DNA of 20,303 nt from Candidatus Zixiibacteriota bacterium (GTDB lineage: Bacteria; Zixibacteria; MSB-5A5; CAIYYT01), in contig JBECKX010000053.1 of assembly GCA_040235515.1 (NCBI GenBank), positions 1-20,303 on the forward strand, read 5' to 3'. Every line of letters begins with the position of its first letter. The stretch's first letter is position 1. Made by a program: the position numbers and the translations under genes. The notes below the pieces were generated by a model. It ran no database searches and was not told where the DNA came from. It saw only the letters and a program-made list of their open reading frames with translations. Shown here piece by piece: positions 16,847-20,303 of this stretch.

Positions 16847-18361
16847 TTATTGCTTTGCCAACTTGTTCTGTAGAATAATCTCTTCGAGCTGCCCAATCCG
16901 TTGCTCCAGCGAGCGGTTCTTCTCGATCAGTTCCTTTACCGCCGCCAGCGCGACCCCGGCGACATCACCGGCAGCAAGGTGAGTGTTCACTCGTTCACCA
17001 GTCTCTTCATCGATCGTGCCAACTCCGAAGGCCTGAACGAACTCCTCAGCATAGGGGCCGATGTGGTATTCATCAGAACTGCGGTAATTCCAGCCCTCAA
17101 TGCTCAGTGATTCGATTGCGTCGAGGAGTTGCTGCTGCTCAAGTGGTGTGAAGTTCTCCTTAAACTCTTTCGAGGAAGCGTTGGTCCAGACGCCGCCAGC
17201 CGTCAAACGTGCGCCATTACCATTAGCAGAGTTGGTGCCGACGTGGATGGGATAGCTTGCTCCGCCATCCGTGCCGTCGCGGTTGAAGGCGAAGCGGCCA
17301 TGGTTGGTGCCGTCGAAGAAACCGACGATCCTCTGAGCGCCCCCCCAGTCCACATTGTCCCCGAAGATCAGAGAATAGGAAGAGGGTGCTCCCAGATTGT
17401 CGGTGATTGAGCAAAGGGTGCCTCCCAAAATAACACTGTAGCTGCCCGAGTTTGTATTCTGTGCGCCACCGAGAATGGTAGCATATGAATCGAAGCAGTC
17501 GTTGTGGGAACCGCCAAGAACGAAAGAACTTGAGCCTGTGCATTGATTGTTGCTGCCGCCGAGGATAGCTGAAGCATCTCCCGTAGCATGGTTGTTGCTT
17601 CCTCCAAGTACGCCTGAGTAATTCGCAGTAGCCGAGTTGAATTGCCCACCCCCGACTATCGATCCATTTCCCGACGCAATGTTGTCGGATCCTCCTACTA
17701 CGGCTGCCCGGAAGAAGCTGGCTTCGTTTGCAGATCCACCCGCAATAGTTGCCGTATTGGCGAGTACCTTGTTAAAACTTCCACCGCCAATGTGCGAGTA
17801 TTTCCCCGTTACTTCATTCTGATATCCACCCGCGATAGATGAATAAGAATCGGTAATGGAATGTCGATATCCTATTGCTGCGGTTGTGCTGTCAAAGATT
17901 GTATTGTCCCGACCAACCATTAGACCTTCCTGTACAGTGAGAGGTGTTGTTATGACTCCGCCACTGCTGCCATCGACGGTTTCTACTCTCTGCGAAAACG
18001 GAACGGAAAGGAACTGCTGGCGAGGAGTGGTCTCAGCGCCACCGTTGATCTTGATTGTCAGATACAATTCATCAGCCGCGAACAGGCCGGTCGATAATGT
18101 GGATGTCTCCCCAAGTACAACGTCAAACAAACCATCTACTGCACTCACTCCGAGATGACTCTCGCTCCAAAGTGAGGAGCCGCCGACGGGAACATCGTAT
18201 AGGAAGAATTCGAGATTGTAGGTGCCAGTCAGGGGATCGCCGTTAGAGTCAGCCAGTCGGCCCTGGTAGCTAAGCAGTCGAGGGACTCCTGAGGCTATCC
18301 CTGATAAAAGCAATACAGCAAGGAAGATAGGTATGGATGTTGAGCGAATCTGATGTAGCAT
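16847..18361 (-). CDS. Secreted fibre-like protein, paralog B (10 x 15-aa repeats, S74-like chaperone)
   Basis: Start moved to ATG 18361 (SD AAGGAG 7 nt upstream). LSYQGRL, repeats at about 17393-17842, WTNASSKEFKENF and HIGPYAEEF. Confidence 0.8.
   Translation of the reverse strand: MLHQIRSTSIPIFLAVLLLSGIASGVPRLLSYQGRLADSNGDPLTGTYNLEFFLYDVPVGGSSLWSESHLGVSAVDGLFDVVLGETSTLSTGLFAADELYLTIKINGGAETTPRQQFLSVPFSQRVETVDGSSGGVITTPLTVQEGLMVGRDNTIFDSTTAAIGYRHSITDSYSSIAGGYQNEVTGKYSHIGGGSFNKVLANTATIAGGSANEASFFRAAVVGGSDNIASGNGSIVGGGQFNSATANYSGVLGGSNNHATGDASAILGGSNNQCTGSSSFVLGGSHNDCFDSYATILGGAQNTNSGSYSVILGGTLCSITDNLGAPSSYSLIFGDNVDWGGAQRIVGFFDGTNHGRFAFNRDGTDGGASYPIHVGTNSANGNGARLTAGGVWTNASSKEFKENFTPLEQQQLLDAIESLSIEGWNYRSSDEYHIGPYAEEFVQAFGVGTIDEETGERVNTHLAAGDVAGVALAAVKELIEKNRSLEQRIGQLEEIILQNKLAKQ
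17226..17305. repeat. 80-bp exact repeat, copy 1 (in paralog B)
   Basis: Identical to 20224-20303 by direct comparison. Confidence 0.9.
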
Positions 18362-18384
18362 TGTCTGCTCCTTCACGGAACCGG

Positions 18385-19812
18385 CTATCTATGAGCCAGC
18401 GTATTCTGATTTATTTTCTTTTCCAGTTGTTCGATGCGAAGCTCCAGCGCGCGGTTTTTCTCGATCAGCTCTTTCACCGCCGCCAGCGCGACCCCGGCAA
18501 CATCACTAGCCGCCAGGTGACTGTTGACTCGCTTGCCGGTGTTCTCATCAATTGCTCCAACGTCGAAAGCTCTAATGAATTCTTCAGCATACGGGCCGAT
18601 GTGGTATTCGTCTGAGTTGCGGTAGTTCCAGCCCTCGATGTTGAGGGACTCGATTGCGTCGAAGAGCTGCTGCTGATCTAGTGGAGTGTAGTTTTCCTTG
18701 AATTCTTTGCTTGAGGCATTTGTCCAGACACCGCCATTGGTAAGATAGGCGCCGTTACCATTTCCGCTGGTGGTGCCCACCTGGAACGGATAGCTGAAGA
18801 CACCGGCATCAGAGTCGCGATTGATCGCAACCCGTCCTGATGAAGTTCCTTCGAAGAGTGCCACTACCATGTTCTGATTGATCAGATTGACGTTTGAACC
18901 GAATACCATGCAGTACGATGTAGTCCCAAGAAATGGCAGGATACTGCAATTCGAGCCTCCCATAATTGTGCTGTAGACTCCATTGTTAACGTGATTTGCC
19001 CCCCCTACAACAGCGCTGCCCGTTTCAAGAGACTTATTCCCGCTGCCGCCCAATACCGCTGAGACAATCCCGACAGCCTCGTTGGCACTTCCGCCCGCCA
19101 CCACACTGGATAGCCCGGTTGCAGAGTTGTAGAATCCGCCGCCAACCGTCGAATTCTGCTCATCGGTACTATTGCCGTAGCCTCCTCCGATCACGTCATA
19201 AAGCCCCCGAACGTTGTTAGAAGCTCCACCACCAATGTGGGAGCCATCGGCGCTTACAGTGTCGGCTGAACCGCCGGTAACTGAGCTGTAGGATCCAGTA
19301 CAAGCCTGTTGGAAGCCTATGGCCGCGGAGGCCGTACCCGACACGAGATTGCTTGAGCCTGAATTCAGTGTGCCCGATATTTTGACGTCACTTGTTATTT
19401 GGCCGCCGCTGCTACCGTCTACGGTCTCGACTCGTTGGGAATATGGAACGGAGAGAAGTTGCTGACGATTCGTGAGTTCGGCGCCACCATCTACCGTGAT
19501 TCCAAGGAATAAGTTGTCGGTTTGGAATAGGTCCTGGGGGAAGGGGGTTGCCCCACCGAGGATGACGCTAAACAGTCCGTCGGTGCAGTCGGTCCCGAGA
19601 TGAGTTTCAGTCCAGAGGGGGGCTCCACCACTGGGAACATCGTATAGGTTGAACACTAAATCGTGATTACCATTGAGAGCGTCCCCGTTGACGTCGGACA
19701 AACGCCCTTGATAGTTGACTAAGTCGGGCGCTGCATAGACTGGTGCTGTTGAAGTCAGACACACGATTGCCGAGATCAGTAACACTACAGAAACCCAAGA
19801 TGAGCCTTTCAT
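18385..19812 (-). CDS. Secreted fibre-like protein, paralog C (8 x 15-aa repeats, S74-like chaperone)
   Basis: Signal peptide ending VYA-A, VNYQGRL, repeats at about 18928-19287, WTNASSKEFKENY and HIGPYAEEF. SD GAGGA. Confidence 0.8.
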   Translation of the reverse strand: MKGSSWVSVVLLISAIVCLTSTAPVYAAPDLVNYQGRLSDVNGDALNGNHDLVFNLYDVPSGGAPLWTETHLGTDCTDGLFSVILGGATPFPQDLFQTDNLFLGITVDGGAELTNRQQLLSVPYSQRVETVDGSSGGQITSDVKISGTLNSGSSNLVSGTASAAIGFQQACTGSYSSVTGGSADTVSADGSHIGGGASNNVRGLYDVIGGGYGNSTDEQNSTVGGGFYNSATGLSSVVAGGSANEAVGIVSAVLGGSGNKSLETGSAVVGGANHVNNGVYSTIMGGSNCSILPFLGTTSYCMVFGSNVNLINQNMVVALFEGTSSGRVAINRDSDAGVFSYPFQVGTTSGNGNGAYLTNGGVWTNASSKEFKENYTPLDQQQLFDAIESLNIEGWNYRNSDEYHIGPYAEEFIRAFDVGAIDENTGKRVNSHLAASDVAGVALAAVKELIEKNRALELRIEQLEKKINQNTLAHR

Positions 19813-19823
19813 TCGATTATCCT

Positions 19824-20303
19824 CTACTTGCCAGAAGTAGTCTGCGCTAACCGAGAGTCGCTTAACAACTTCTCGATCCGAGCCAGGCGCTCTTCAAGCT
19901 GGTTGATTCTTTCAGTTTTCTTTATTAACTCTTTGACCGCTGCTAGAGCCACCCCAGCTACGTCACTAGCCGCGAGATGTGACGTGACACGCTCTCCCGT
20001 CACTTCATCAATCGCACCGACATCAAATGCCTCTACGAACTCCTCGGCATAGGGACCGATGTGGTATTCATCTGAGTTGCGGTAATTCCAGCCCTCTACC
20101 TTTAGTGACTTTATAGCATCCAGGAGTTGTTGCTGATCAAGGGGCGTGTAGTTTTCCTTGAGTTCTTTACTCGAGGCATTTGTCCAGACACCGCCGGCAG
20201 TCAAACGTGCGCCGTTGCCGTTGGCAGAGTTGGTGCCGACGTGGATGGGATAGCTTGCTCCGCCATCCGTGCCGTCGCGGTTGAAGGCGAAGCGGCCATG
20301 GTT
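19824..20303 (-). CDS. Fibre-like paralog D, C-terminal part only (gene runs off the window edge)
   Basis: Frame open to the window edge: NHGRFAFNRDGTDGGASYPIHVGTNSANGNGARLTAGGVWTNASSKELKENY, followed by the same S74-like domain and coiled coil. Confidence 0.8.
   Translation of the reverse strand, partial: NHGRFAFNRDGTDGGASYPIHVGTNSANGNGARLTAGGVWTNASSKELKENYTPLDQQQLLDAIKSLKVEGWNYRNSDEYHIGPYAEEFVEAFDVGAIDEVTGERVTSHLAASDVAGVALAAVKELIKKTERINQLEERLARIEKLLSDSRLAQTTSGK
20224..20303. repeat. 80-bp exact repeat, copy 2 (in paralog D; may extend beyond the window)
   Basis: Identical to 17226-17305. Confidence 0.9.

Noticed and set aside
15229..20303. Diversity-generating retroelement or invertase shufflon acting on the fibre genes
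   Set aside because: No reverse transcriptase or recombinase in the window, all copies are co-oriented coding genes, and differences are mostly synonymous third-position changes rather than adenine-specific. Sequence beyond the window edge is unseen.
15229..20303. Prophage tail-fibre module or trimeric autotransporters
   Set aside because: Signal-peptide-like N-termini, no phage structural or integrase genes in view, and the C-termini are S74-like plus coiled coil, not a YadA beta-barrel anchor.
1..20303. CRISPR array, rRNA, tRNA or IS element
   Set aside because: No regularly spaced repeat-spacer pattern, RNA gene signature or transposase ORF seen.

Overview
Bacterial chromosomal window, most likely from the FCB superphylum. 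The Cys-bearing C-terminal dockerin-like domain and the rplM-rpsI-rpsB-tsf-pyrH-frr gene order suggest candidate phylum Zixibacteria (inference). Bases 1-14.4 kb are mostly housekeeping: pepA, a TolB-like beta-propeller, a HAD-IIA phosphatase, mtnA, uvrC, an NlpC/P60 lipoprotein, a UbiA-family prenyltransferase, and the minus-strand cluster rplM-rpsI-(S2 leader)-rpsB-tsf-pyrH-frr-uppS-cdsA. From 14.55 kb to the window end lies an accessory operon of at least four tandem paralogous fibre-like genes. The three complete ones encode signal peptide + 'YQGRL' N-domain + 8/10/11 glycine-rich 15-aa repeats + a Peptidase_S74-like intramolecular chaperone + coiled coil. They are followed by a small secreted 'GTIGQ...GFW' + dockerin-like protein. 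No phage genes and no autotransporter barrel are visible, so this looks like a host-encoded, modular, recombining surface-fibre system and is the best novel-system candidate. Secondary highlights: uppS appears to need a non-canonical start (CTG overlapping the frr stop), the rplM -35 box sits at the centre of a strong inverted repeat, and uvrC looks leaderless. All family assignments are by motif recognition; no searches were run.
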